From assembly GCA_038329515.1 (NCBI GenBank), contig JBBQNA010000001.1, forward strand, positions 2,086 to 66,085: DNA of 64,000 bases, written 5' to 3'. The notes below the pieces were generated by a model that was not told the origin of the DNA, made no database searches, and saw nothing but the letters and a program-made list of their open reading frames with translations. Each line of letters starts with the position of its first letter. Positions within the stretch are counted from its first letter, which is position 1. Positions 42,813 to 52,650 of this stretch are shown here, piece after piece. The stretch comes from Candidatus Limnocylindrales bacterium (GTDB lineage Bacteria > Chloroflexota > Limnocylindria > Limnocylindrales > CSP1-4). Made by a program: the position numbers and the translations under genes.

Positions 42813-43366
42813 GCCGCGTCTCCCGTCCGCGCGGCGTCCCCTGTCCAGGTGCTTGCACGTGCCAGATACCGGGCGTAGCGCGGCGTGCCCGCAAGCTGGA
42901 TGACCCGCTCGCCCTCTGCACCCGGGTCTTCCTGGGTCGCGGCGTCCTCGTCGACCACGATGCGCACATCCAGCCGCTCGATGTCCACGGGCGCGTCCAG
43001 CCGATCCGCCCATTCCGACAGCGTGACCCCGTCATCCTGGCGCTCGTCCAGTAGTCCGCCATCGACCGCCTCGGCTGCCCCGGCAAGCCGGTACAGGTCC
43101 TGGTGAAACAACCGCAGCCGGCCCTGGTACTCGGCCATAAGCGTGAAGCTCGGGCTGGTCACGGCGTCGGCCACACCCAGACCCGCGGCAAAGCCTTTCG
43201 CGAACTGGGTCTTGCCCGCACCCAGGGTACCCAGCAGCGCGAGGCGGTCACCGGGCTCGGCCACATCGGCCAGCCACGCCGCCAGGGCGCGGGTCTCCGC
43301 GCTGGAGGTCGTCCGGATATCGAGCCGCAGCGGCGCTGGTGTCTCGGCAGGTGCAGCCGTCGTCAT
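42809..43366 (-). CDS. tsaE: tRNA threonylcarbamoyladenosine biosynthesis ATPase TsaE.
   Basis: Walker A LLGTLGAGKT. Confidence 0.85.
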   Translation of the reverse strand: MTTAAPAETPAPLRLDIRTTSSAETRALAAWLADVAEPGDRLALLGTLGAGKTQFAKGFAAGLGVADAVTSPSFTLMAEYQGRLRLFHQDLYRLAGAAEAVDGGLLDERQDDGVTLSEWADRLDAPVDIERLDVRIVVDEDAATQEDPGAEGERVIQLAGTPRYARYLARASTWTGDAARTGDAA

Positions 43367-43375
43367 CCCGACAGG

Positions 43376-44452
43376 TTACCCAAGCCGCTCCAGGTCAGCG
43401 AGGGCGACCAGGCGGCGACCCGCTGGTGCCTCGGTGGTCGCCCCGAAGGCGACGTAGCCGGAGGACTGGTACGCGCCCCCGGCACGCCGCACCGGGCCGG
43501 CGAAGCCCACCAGTCGTCCAGCCCGGCCAGCCCCGTCGCCGGCTGCCACCCGGACCGCATCCGGCGGCCACGACGACAGCCGCAGCGTGGACGGATCGCC
43601 CGCCACGACCGCGAGTCGGGCATCGGGCAGGATGCCCACGTTCCGCTCGTCCGCGGCGGCGGCCGCCAGGAGGTCCCAGGCGAGGGTCGGGATCGGTCGT
43701 CGGCCATAGCCATCCAGGGCGAGGATGGCAAAGGGCGTGATGGCATGCAGCGCGGCGCGCTGGCGCAGGTCCGATTCCTCGAGCTGTTGCAGTTCCCTGC
43801 CCACCACGCCACCGCAGATGATGCCCGCCACCCCGATGGCACGTGCCCGGGTCAGGGCCTCGATGTCCAGGCGTGCGCCGGCGACCAGGATGCTGCCCGC
43901 GGCGCTGATGTCCACGGCGCCCGATCGCAGCTCCGCGTCCGGGGACGCGACCGCGAGGATGACGCGACCGACGACCGGCTGACCCCAGCCGACGGGTCCC
44001 CGCAGGCCGATACCCGAGGCGCGCAACGAGATGTGGCCGGCGACGACCTCGTCCACGACGCCATCCACGGGGCAGAGCACGGTCATCGGCGAACGGGCGA
44101 GCACCACCCGCGCCACCCGGTCGGTGCCCACGTACAGTAGACAGGCGCGATCACCCGGTCGCGGCGCCCCACGTCCCGTACCCCTGAGCGCGGCGACCTG
44201 TGCGAGGTCCAGCTCCGCGCCCGACGGCAGCCCCGCGAACTCGCCGCGCGTCGGCACCTCCAGCAGCACCCGCTCACGCGCCTGGACCAGGATCGGCTGC
44301 CCGATGTGGACCGCCTCACCGGGCCTCACGAGCGGCAGGTCACCGGGCCGCAGGCGCAGCCGGGCGACCGGCGCCGGCGCCAGCGGCTCCGCGAGCGCGA
44401 CCAGGCGGGCATCGGCTGTGACCCGACCCGAGACGTGACGTGTCAGCGTCAT
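43376..44452 (-). CDS. Uncharacterised protein B (358 aa), translationally coupled to protein A.
   Basis: ATG at 44452 overlaps the stop of the upstream gene as ATGA. N-terminal barrel-sandwich/lipoyl-like stretches (RLRPGDLPLVRPGEAVHIGQPIL; SPMTVLCPVDGVVDEVVAGHISL). Gly-rich GVAGIICGGVVG. No signal peptide. Confidence 0.55.
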   Translation of the reverse strand: MTLTRHVSGRVTADARLVALAEPLAPAPVARLRLRPGDLPLVRPGEAVHIGQPILVQARERVLLEVPTRGEFAGLPSGAELDLAQVAALRGTGRGAPRPGDRACLLYVGTDRVARVVLARSPMTVLCPVDGVVDEVVAGHISLRASGIGLRGPVGWGQPVVGRVILAVASPDAELRSGAVDISAAGSILVAGARLDIEALTRARAIGVAGIICGGVVGRELQQLEESDLRQRAALHAITPFAILALDGYGRRPIPTLAWDLLAAAAADERNVGILPDARLAVVAGDPSTLRLSSWPPDAVRVAAGDGAGRAGRLVGFAGPVRRAGGAYQSSGYVAFGATTEAPAGRRLVALADLERLG

Positions 44453-46080
44453 GCGTCCGGTCCCCACACCGGTCTCTCCCATGCCTCCAGCAGCGCGCGA
44501 CGGCGCTCGGCACGTTCCGGCAGCCGCAAGGGCACCTCCCGGGTATCGATGAGCAGGCCGCCCAGCCCACCCGTGACATCGAGGCCGATGCGCCGGGCGC
44601 GGACACCCAGCACCTGGCCCTCCCGCAGCTCGACCTCGACCCGCGCCGGTACACCCGGCGGCAGGTCGACCAGCCGCAGCGCGTTGGGTGCCAGCTCCAG
44701 GTCGTGCTGCTGGAGATGGCTGGTGACGCGCAGCATGGCCGCACCGCGGGACGTCGCGCGCACCTCCCCGGTCACGATGGCACTGCCCAGGGGCAGCAAG
44801 GCGTCGTCGAGCAGGTCCACCAGCAGGCGGCGACGGTCACCGGCGTCCGGCAACGCCCCGATGGGTCCCAGCAATCGCGCATGATCGTGGAACAGGGTCA
44901 CGGCGCCGGGACGCCGCATGCCATCCACGACGGCCATGGCGGCGGCTGGCGGCGGCAAGGCCGCGAAGGCCCCGCCCGCACAGATGAGCATGTCTGCCGA
45001 GGGTGCCGTTCGGCGTACCTCCGGATCGTGCCACTGGCGGTCGAGGCGCGCCAATGCGGCGCGAAGTCCTGCCAGGCGCAGTCGGGCGCCATCCGCCGCG
45101 ATGTCACGCCAGGGGGACAGTCGCAGGTTGCGCAGTCGGTCGGAGAGGGAGAACGGGTCGGCCCGGATGGCACTCCATCGGGCGATATCGTCCACCTGCT
45201 GCAGGTCGTCGAGGGCACCGGCGGGGATGAGCGCAGCGTCGGCGGACACGAGATGACCCACCACACCGCTGGGGTAGGCGAGCGTGCGCACGCCCCCGCT
45301 GTGGCCGATGTCCACGGCCTCGATGCGCCGATCCAGCAGGGTCGCCAATGTCGCGACCGCCTGGCGCAACGTCTGGCGGCCATCGGGCAGGTCCCGGTTG
45401 GCAGCTGGATGTGCCACGGCGGCCCCCCAGCGGTCGTCCGCCGCCGGGAGGTCCAGCACACCCAGGGCGGTCCGGAGGCTCGAATCGATCGGCTCGCCCA
45501 CGTGGTCGGGCGGTGGCAGGTGCCAAAGCATCCCCGGCGGCAGGCTGGTCCAGTCGGTCGTGGAGCCACACAGCAGGACCGGCAGGTCCGGGCGTTGGCC
45601 CATGACGGCGGCCAGCAGTGGCGCGAGTCGCGGTCGCAGCTTGCGGTCCGCCTCGGAATCGGGCGATGCGATGGCGAGCGTCGACAGTGCCGGATCGAGA
45701 CACGCATCCATGGTCGCCAGCGGGTCGAGCCGCTCCCCGGAGATGCGACCGGCCACGTCCCAACCACCGCCAGCGAAGGCGTGATGCAGGTCCATGACCG
45801 CGTCATCGGACGCCGCGACACACAGGACCCGGCGTGCCGGACGAGTGGCGGACTCGAGGCGGGCCCAATCCTGCCAGCCCTCGGGACCCGACAGCAGACC
45901 CGGCTCCACGGCCTCGACGCGCAGCACCAGGTCTTCCAGCAGCGCGTCCAGGCCCGCGCCCCGGGGCGCGACGCCACACGCCAGCAGCCGGAATCTTCCG
46001 TCGAGTGGCGCGATCAGGGACACCGCGGTCGACGCGGTACCGTGATCGATGGTGAAGAAGGCGAGCGAGACCGGGCTCAC
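44449..46080 (-). CDS. Uncharacterised protein A (543 aa), putative ASKHA/actin-fold ATPase-like.
   Basis: N-terminal FFTIDHGTASTAVSL resembles the phosphate-1 motif of FGGY kinases and Ppx/GppA (D-x-G-[ST]-x-S). Later DIGHSGGVRTL (phosphate-2-like) and LICAGGAFAALP (adenosine-motif-like). Very Ala/Leu/Arg-rich. Confidence 0.55.
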   Translation of the reverse strand: MSPVSLAFFTIDHGTASTAVSLIAPLDGRFRLLACGVAPRGAGLDALLEDLVLRVEAVEPGLLSGPEGWQDWARLESATRPARRVLCVAASDDAVMDLHHAFAGGGWDVAGRISGERLDPLATMDACLDPALSTLAIASPDSEADRKLRPRLAPLLAAVMGQRPDLPVLLCGSTTDWTSLPPGMLWHLPPPDHVGEPIDSSLRTALGVLDLPAADDRWGAAVAHPAANRDLPDGRQTLRQAVATLATLLDRRIEAVDIGHSGGVRTLAYPSGVVGHLVSADAALIPAGALDDLQQVDDIARWSAIRADPFSLSDRLRNLRLSPWRDIAADGARLRLAGLRAALARLDRQWHDPEVRRTAPSADMLICAGGAFAALPPPAAAMAVVDGMRRPGAVTLFHDHARLLGPIGALPDAGDRRRLLVDLLDDALLPLGSAIVTGEVRATSRGAAMLRVTSHLQQHDLELAPNALRLVDLPPGVPARVEVELREGQVLGVRARRIGLDVTGGLGGLLIDTREVPLRLPERAERRRALLEAWERPVWGPDA

Positions 46081-46128
46081 AGGGCCATGGTAGTCGGCAT
46101 CAGCTGGAGAGCCTGCCGACGCCCGACC

Positions 46129-46419
46129 TCAGGCGTCGAGGACCTGGTCCTCGTCGACCTCCTCGAGGCGCTCGATGAGTCGTTCGATGCCATCGTCGTC
46201 CGCGAGCACACGCTGTGCCTCCGCGAGGTCTCCGCCGAAGATGCTCCGGAGCACAGGGTCGAAGAACAGCATCGCCTGGCCGCCCAGCGGTGCGTAGGTG
46301 CGGCTGGACTCGAGGAACATCACGGCCGGACCCGTCAGGCCTCGCAGCTGGATCTCGCGGGCAACGAACTCGACCAGCTCATCGCTGGTCTCCTGGGCCT
46401 GTAGCCTTCCGAGGATCAT
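46129..46419 (-). CDS. Small acidic hypothetical protein (96 aa).
   Basis: ORF with an Asp/Glu-rich C-terminus. Lies 48 bp upstream of protein A and co-directional with alr/A/B. Confidence 0.4.
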   Translation of the reverse strand: MILGRLQAQETSDELVEFVAREIQLRGLTGPAVMFLESSRTYAPLGGQAMLFFDPVLRSIFGGDLAEAQRVLADDDGIERLIERLEEVDEDQVLDA

Positions 46420-46594
46420 GCGCCGGTGCGCCTGGTCGACGAACCGGCGGATCCCCGCCGCGACATCCCAACATCCATCGTGTCACCCTCGCAGCAGGCC
46501 ATGCCGGGCCGCGGAAGCCCGTCATCCACCAATCTCCATCGATGCAGCCTGGACCCGACCGCTGCCGGTGGCAGCCGATGTATCCCGGATATCG

Positions 46595-47818
46595 TCACGA
46601 CCACGATGCATCCCGGACCAGGGTCTCGCCGGCCAGCGTCCGCACGCCCAGAAGACCGACCGAGGCATCGTACACCCGGGTCAGACGCCGCGCCATGCCC
46701 GTCAGGACCTCCCACGGGATCGTGTTGCGCCACTGCGCCAGATCAAGGCACGTGATGACGTCGGTCGCCTGGGAGCCCAGCAACACGAACTCGTCATCTC
46801 CCGAGACACCCGCCACGTCCGTGACGTCGACCATCAGGGCGTCCATGGACACGACCCCCACGATGGCTGGGCGCTGGCCCCGCACCAGCACTGGGGCACC
46901 GGTCATGGAACGCGGATAGCCGTCTCCGTAGCCGATGGGCAGCGTCGCGATCCGCGACGTCCGGCGTGCCACCCACGTGCCGCCATAGCCGACGGCGGTG
47001 CCTTCGGCGATCTCGGCGATACGTATGGCGCGCGCCTTGATGCGCATCGCTGGCCGGATGCCCGGCGGGGGCTCGATATCCACGGCGGGCGTGACGCCGT
47101 ACGCAAGCAGGCCTGGCCGGACCATGGCCGCGGCCACGCCCCGACCGGTCAACAGGCCACCGGTCGCGGCGAGATGGTGGTCGGTGGTGTCGCCCCTGCT
47201 GCGGGCAGCGTCCACCGCCTGGGCCAGCCGGCCTTCCTGATGCGTCGAGGCGACGGCGTCGTCGGGGGTCGCCAGGTGGGACCAGACCGCGACGATGCTC
47301 AGCCCGGGCGCCGCCAGCTGGTCCAGTGCCGCACCCGCCTGGCCGGGCGTGATGCCCATGCGCGTCAGGCCGGTGTCGATCTCGAGGTGCAGCCGGAGGG
47401 TGTGGCCACGCCCGGCCGCACCCGACGCCACCCAGCGAATCGCCAGTGCTGTCGCGTCCTCCATGGTCGAGACGGCCAGCTGGAAGCCATGTCCAGCAGC
47501 CTCCTCCATCATGCCCACCGGCACCGGGTACAGGATGAGCACGGCGCCAGCGATGCCCGCCGCACGCAGTGCCAGGGCTTCGTCCAGCGAGGCGACACAT
47601 ACACCCGCGGCACCGGCGGCCAGGAACGCACGCGCCGCGACCTCCAGGCCGTGGCCATAGCCATCGGCCTTGACCACGGGCCACACGGCCGTGTCCGGCC
47701 CGACGCGCGCGGCGATGGCGCGCACATTGCCGCCGAGTGCCGCCACATCGATCTCCAGCCAGACGGGCCGGCGCAACGACGGCAAGCCCGCGTCCTGCAG
47801 ACGCGCCTGGATGCTCAA
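46595..47818 (-). CDS. alr: Alanine racemase.
   Basis: PLP motif VVKADGYGHG. C-terminal beta-domain. About 25 aa longer at the C-terminus than is typical. Confidence 0.9.
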   Translation of the reverse strand: MSIQARLQDAGLPSLRRPVWLEIDVAALGGNVRAIAARVGPDTAVWPVVKADGYGHGLEVAARAFLAAGAAGVCVASLDEALALRAAGIAGAVLILYPVPVGMMEEAAGHGFQLAVSTMEDATALAIRWVASGAAGRGHTLRLHLEIDTGLTRMGITPGQAGAALDQLAAPGLSIVAVWSHLATPDDAVASTHQEGRLAQAVDAARSRGDTTDHHLAATGGLLTGRGVAAAMVRPGLLAYGVTPAVDIEPPPGIRPAMRIKARAIRIAEIAEGTAVGYGGTWVARRTSRIATLPIGYGDGYPRSMTGAPVLVRGQRPAIVGVVSMDALMVDVTDVAGVSGDDEFVLLGSQATDVITCLDLAQWRNTIPWEVLTGMARRLTRVYDASVGLLGVRTLAGETLVRDASWS

Positions 47819-48798
47819 CGAGGCGTGAAGCCGATGCGCCGCTCGCCGCTCGAACGCTGGCGGGCCAGCTCACGGCGGACGCGCGGGATCTCCGGCAACA
47901 GGTCGGACGCCATGAGCCCCGCATCGCCCAGTCGCTCCCTGATGTGCTCCCCCGCGACGGCGTGCAGGTAGACACCCAGACACGCCGCCTCCCAGGTCGG
48001 CACGCCCTGGCCGAGCAGTGACCCGATGACCCCCGACAGCACATCGCCAGTGCCGCCGGTGCCCATCGCGGGGTTGGCGGACGAGCTGGTGGCGACCCGG
48101 CCGTCGGGTGCCGCGACCACGGTCCGGGCACCCTTGAGGACCACGACGACACCCCAGCGAGCGGCCGCGGACCGGGCACGCTCCACCCTCTCGGCCGCGT
48201 CCGGTCCCACGGGCGAGCCATCAAGTCGACCGAACTCGCCGGGATGCGGCGTCAGCACGCACAGCCGGACCCGGCGCTCCCACCACTCCTCGGTGTCCGC
48301 GAGGGCGCCCAATGCCGTGGCGTCGACGACCGCCGGTGCCGGCACCGTCTCGGCGCCCGGCTGGCCCGGCCGTTCCGATACCCCGTGCCCCGCCACGAGC
48401 CGGAGAACGAGCTCCGTGGTCATAGGCCCCGATCGCAGGCCGGGACCGACCACCATCGCGGTGTGTTGGCGCGTGGCGATGGCCGCCACGGCCGCCGCTG
48501 GTTCGACGAGCCACGGCTCCGTCTCCGGCAGGCCCAGCGTCATCAGCTCCGGCACGCGACCCACGATGAGTGGCTGCAGGGATGCCGGCACCGCCAGGGT
48601 CACGAGTCCCGCACCGGTCCGGAGCGCGGCAGACCCGGCAAGGAGTGCCGCTCCGGTCCAGTCCAGGGAACCGGCCACTACCAGGACCGATCCGAAGGTG
48701 CCCTTGTGGCCGTCCGCGGGTCGCTCGGGCACGAACGGCGCGACGAGGGACTGGTCGAGCCGGATCGCGGTCGGCGACCGGTGGCCTGCGCGGCTCAC
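47815..48798 (-). CDS. nnrD: ADP-dependent NAD(P)H-hydrate dehydratase (YjeF C-terminal domain only).
   Basis: GSVLVVAGS...GTGGTGDVLSG. No N-terminal YjeF_N epimerase domain. Confidence 0.85.
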   Translation of the reverse strand: MSRAGHRSPTAIRLDQSLVAPFVPERPADGHKGTFGSVLVVAGSLDWTGAALLAGSAALRTGAGLVTLAVPASLQPLIVGRVPELMTLGLPETEPWLVEPAAAVAAIATRQHTAMVVGPGLRSGPMTTELVLRLVAGHGVSERPGQPGAETVPAPAVVDATALGALADTEEWWERRVRLCVLTPHPGEFGRLDGSPVGPDAAERVERARSAAARWGVVVVLKGARTVVAAPDGRVATSSSANPAMGTGGTGDVLSGVIGSLLGQGVPTWEAACLGVYLHAVAGEHIRERLGDAGLMASDLLPEIPRVRRELARQRSSGERRIGFTPR

Positions 48799-49349
48799 GT
48801 CTTGTTGGTCGTATCGGATGGCTGGTCGGCATCCGATGCTGCGTCAGGCGTGACCGGGACCGTGGCCAGCTCCAGCTCCCGGACGCGACGCATTCGCGCC
48901 ATCAGATGGCGCTCCCGGTCGTCCAGGCGCGCCTCGACGTCCACCGGGAACACGAATGTGCCGCCCTGGGTCCGGATGCCGAACGCGATGGCCACGGCGT
49001 ACTCCCGTTCGTGGCTGATGGACACGGCCACCCGGCTCATGCCCAGCTGGTCGGCACGTCGCAGGGCCCGGTCGTGGAGCCGGACGGTCGGCTGTCCGGT
49101 AGGCAGCCGGACGATCTCGATCTCCCGCCAGCCGACACCCCGGACACCGAGTCCAAGGACCTTGCTGACGGCCTCCTTGGCCGCCCAGCGGCCGGCCATC
49201 GTCTCGGGACGGTTGCGCACGTATGCCCGCTCGGCGTCGGTCAGGATCCGCTTGGTGAACCGCTCACCGAAGCGAGTGAGGGCGTCGCGGATGCGTTCGA
49301 CCTTGATGATGTCGATGCCCAGCTCGGTCGTGCCCTCCGGGGCCTCCAT
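48795..49349 (-). CDS. acpS: Holo-[acyl-carrier-protein] synthase with a ~55-aa C-terminal extension.
   Basis: GIDIIKVERI...RFTKRILTDAE...GRWAAKEAVSK core. Tail VDVEARLDDRERHL...ASDADQPSDTTNKT. Confidence 0.85.
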   Translation of the reverse strand: MEAPEGTTELGIDIIKVERIRDALTRFGERFTKRILTDAERAYVRNRPETMAGRWAAKEAVSKVLGLGVRGVGWREIEIVRLPTGQPTVRLHDRALRRADQLGMSRVAVSISHEREYAVAIAFGIRTQGGTFVFPVDVEARLDDRERHLMARMRRVRELELATVPVTPDAASDADQPSDTTNKT

Positions 49350-49373
49350 CAGCCGCGGGTCATCCGGGCAGGC

Positions 49374-51200
49374 TCATTCCACGGTCACCGACTTGGCGAG
49401 GTTCCGGGGCTGGTCCACGTCCGTGCCCCGCAGCACCCCCACGTGGTAGGCGAACATCTGGAGCGGGATGATGGCCAGCACGGGGCTGAGGACCTCGATC
49501 GTGTCGGGCACCCACAGCAGGTCGTCGGCGTACTCCCGGACCGCCTCGTCGCCCTCGGTCGCGACCATCAGCACCCGGGCGTCCCGGGCACGACCCTCCA
49601 TGACGTTGCTGATGAGCTTCGACTGGAGCACCGAGCGGGTAGCGATGGCGACCAGCGGCACCTCCGCATCGAGCAGCGCGATGGGTCCGTGCTTCAGCTC
49701 GCCCGCGGCGTAGCCCTCGGCGTGGACGTAGCTCACCTCCTTGAGCTTGAGGGCGCCCTCGAGGGCCACGGGGTAGGTGGTGCCCCGGCCCACGAACATG
49801 AAGCCATGGGCATTCACGTAGCGGCGCGCGAGGTCCGCGGCCGGCTGCGCCATCTCGAGTGCCCGCTCGGCCTGGTCGGGCAGTGCCCGGAGTGCCGCCA
49901 CCAGCTCCGCCTCGAGGCCTGGCCCGAGGCTGCCGCGGACCTTGGCGATGGCCGCGGCGAGCAGGACCAGGGTCGTCACCTGGGTCGCGAACGTCTTGGT
50001 CGCGACGACGCAGATCTCGGGTCCCGCCTGCAGGAACAGGACCGCGTCCGCCTCGCGAGTGATGGCCGAGCCGACCGTGTTGGTGATGGCGATGACGGAG
50101 CAGCCGCGCTCGCGTGCCAGCTTCACGGGCGCCAGGGTGTCAGCGGTCTCGCCCGACTGGGTGACCGCGATGACCAGCGTCCGCCCGTCGAGCGGCGGCG
50201 GACTGTAGCGGAACTCCGAGCCGATGTTCCAGCGTGCCGGCAGCCCTGTCCAGGACTCCAGCACCGTGGCCCCGATGGCCGAGGCGTACGCCGCGCTGCC
50301 GCAGGCGATGAGCTCGATGCGGGTCGCGCCGCGGATGGCATCGAGGACCGGCGCCAGCTCATCGAGCCGGACCTCGTCACCCGCGATGCGCCCGGCGATG
50401 GCCGACCGGATGGCCACCGGCTGCTCGTGCATCTCCTTGAGCATGAAGTGGTCGTAGCCGCCCTTCTCAGCGGCCTCGATGGACCAGTCGATGACATGGA
50501 TCTGGCGGTGCCGCTCGATGCCGTCGAGACCCGTGATGCGGACGTGGTCGGCACCCAGGTCGGCGACGTCGCCCTCCTCGAGGAACATCACCCGCCGGGT
50601 GTGCGCCAGGACCGCGGTGACATCGGAGGCCAGCAGGTTCTCGCCCTCGCCCAGGCCCACGATGAGGGGCACGTTGCGGCGTGCACCCACCAGGCGCGCG
50701 GGCTCAGCCCGGTGGAGCACCGCCACGGCATACGCACCATCCGCCTGGCGCAGCGCTGCACGCACCGCGTCCGCGATGTCGCCCGTGTACGCCTCTTCCA
50801 CGAGATGTGCCAGGACCTCGGTGTCCGTCTCGGAGTCGAAGCGGTGACCGCGCGTCATGAGCTCGTCGCGCAGCTCCCGGTAGTTCTCGATGATGCCGTT
50901 GTGGATGACCGTGACATCGCCGGTGCAGTCCATGTGCGGGTGGGCGTTGAGATCGTTGGGCCGGCCGTGGGTCGCCCAGCGGGTGTGGGCCAGGCCGACC
51001 GCCGCCGCGGGGGTCGCATCGAGGAGTGCCGTCCGGAGGTTGGACAGCTTGCCCGCCCGCTTCTCCACGAACAGGTCACCGGATGCCGTCACGAGCGCGA
51101 TGCCCGCCGAGTCGTAGCCCCGGTATTCGAGGCGCGCGAGGCCGTCCATCAGGATGGGCGCCGCGTCACGGGGTCCGATGTATCCGACGATGCCGCACAT
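49374..51200 (-). CDS. glmS: Glutamine--fructose-6-phosphate aminotransferase.
   Basis: MCGIVGY N-terminal nucleophile Cys. Two SIS domains. Confidence 0.95.
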   Translation of the reverse strand: MCGIVGYIGPRDAAPILMDGLARLEYRGYDSAGIALVTASGDLFVEKRAGKLSNLRTALLDATPAAAVGLAHTRWATHGRPNDLNAHPHMDCTGDVTVIHNGIIENYRELRDELMTRGHRFDSETDTEVLAHLVEEAYTGDIADAVRAALRQADGAYAVAVLHRAEPARLVGARRNVPLIVGLGEGENLLASDVTAVLAHTRRVMFLEEGDVADLGADHVRITGLDGIERHRQIHVIDWSIEAAEKGGYDHFMLKEMHEQPVAIRSAIAGRIAGDEVRLDELAPVLDAIRGATRIELIACGSAAYASAIGATVLESWTGLPARWNIGSEFRYSPPPLDGRTLVIAVTQSGETADTLAPVKLARERGCSVIAITNTVGSAITREADAVLFLQAGPEICVVATKTFATQVTTLVLLAAAIAKVRGSLGPGLEAELVAALRALPDQAERALEMAQPAADLARRYVNAHGFMFVGRGTTYPVALEGALKLKEVSYVHAEGYAAGELKHGPIALLDAEVPLVAIATRSVLQSKLISNVMEGRARDARVLMVATEGDEAVREYADDLLWVPDTIEVLSPVLAIIPLQMFAYHVGVLRGTDVDQPRNLAKSVTVE

Positions 51201-51215
51201 GCGCTTGGCCTCCTG

Positions 51216-52556
51216 TCAGCTGGGCTGGTTCAAGCGTTCCGCGGCGAGTGCCGAGAGCGAATCCGCCAACGCGAGCACACGCGCCGGGTCCTCTCCTTCG
51301 ACCATGATACGCAACACCGGCTCGGTGCCCGACGGACGCACCAGGACCCGGCCGCGGCCCTCCAGCTCCGCCTCCGCGGCACGCACCGCGGCCACCAGCT
51401 GACGATCCGCCTCCCACTGGTCCTTGTGCCGGACCGTGATAGCGCGCTGCTGCTGGGGGAACAGGGGCACGTCCGCGGCCAGCTCCGACAGCCGCCGCCC
51501 CGACCTGGCCATGATGCCCAGCACCTCCAGTGCGGTCACGATGCCGTCCCCGCTGCTGGTGTGCTCCCGGATGATGACGTGACCGCTCTTCTCGCCGCCG
51601 ACGCCGGCACCCGACACGAGCATCGCGTCCAGGATGTACTTGTCACCGACGTTCGTCTGCAGGACCTGGCCCCCTGCCCGCTCCACGACGGCAGCGAGGC
51701 CGCCGTTGGACAGCACGCTGACGACGAGGGTCGACATGGCCAGCGCACCCCGGGTCAGCCGGTCCAGGGCCACGATGCCCAGCAGCTGGTCGCCGTCCAC
51801 GACCGATCCGCGCTCATCGACGGCGACGCATCGATCGGCATCCCCGTCAAGGGCGAAGCCCGCATCCGAACCCTCCTGGGCCGTCAGCCGTGCCAGGGCC
51901 GCGGGCGCGGTCGCGCCGCAGCCCAGGTTGATGTTGGTGCCGTCGGGGGTATCGAAGTGGACGCTCACGCTGACGCCCGTCTCGGCCAGGATCTCCGGCG
52001 CCAGCCCACCGCCCGAGCCATTGGCGCAGTCGAGGGTCACGCGCAGGTCGGCCGGTGACTGGCGAGCCAGACCCAGCCGATGCTGCCGGTAGTGGTCGAT
52101 GCCCGCACGGCCGTCCAGTTCGCGCCCGATGCCGGAGTTGGTCGGGCTGGGCAGGTCATCAGCGCGCCAGAGCAGCGCCTCCAGCTCCTCCTCCGACTGG
52201 TCGTCCAGCTTCAGGCCTCGCCCGTCGAGCACCTTGAGCCCGTTGTCGTCGGCGGGGTTGTGCGACGCCGAGACCATGATGCCGGCGCCGTAGCCCAGGT
52301 CACCGGTGACGAACGAGAGCGCCGGCGTCGGGCAGACGCCGAGTCGATGGACATCGACGCCCATCGAGGTCGCGCCGCACACGAGGCCAGCGACCAGCAT
52401 GTCACCTGAGCGGCGGGTGTCCTGGCCGACGAGCAGACGGCCACTGGCGCCCAGCATGCGGGATGCGGTCGCGCGACCCAGGGCGAAGGCGAGCGTCGGC
52501 TTGAGGTCGACATTCGCGACACCCCGGATGCCATCGGTACCGAACAGACGGGTCAT
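51216..52556 (-). CDS. glmM: Phosphoglucosamine mutase.
   Basis: MTRLFGTDGIRG. Active-site GVMVSASHNP. Start ATG at 52556. Confidence 0.95.
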   Translation of the reverse strand: MTRLFGTDGIRGVANVDLKPTLAFALGRATASRMLGASGRLLVGQDTRRSGDMLVAGLVCGATSMGVDVHRLGVCPTPALSFVTGDLGYGAGIMVSASHNPADDNGLKVLDGRGLKLDDQSEEELEALLWRADDLPSPTNSGIGRELDGRAGIDHYRQHRLGLARQSPADLRVTLDCANGSGGGLAPEILAETGVSVSVHFDTPDGTNINLGCGATAPAALARLTAQEGSDAGFALDGDADRCVAVDERGSVVDGDQLLGIVALDRLTRGALAMSTLVVSVLSNGGLAAVVERAGGQVLQTNVGDKYILDAMLVSGAGVGGEKSGHVIIREHTSSGDGIVTALEVLGIMARSGRRLSELAADVPLFPQQQRAITVRHKDQWEADRQLVAAVRAAEAELEGRGRVLVRPSGTEPVLRIMVEGEDPARVLALADSLSALAAERLNQPS

Positions 52557-52650
52557 GAGCAGACGCCTCCGGGCGCAACGGCGACAGGCACCGTGATGGA
52601 ACGATGGGACTCGCGGGCGCGACGCGACGGACCTGGGCCGGCGACGAGGT

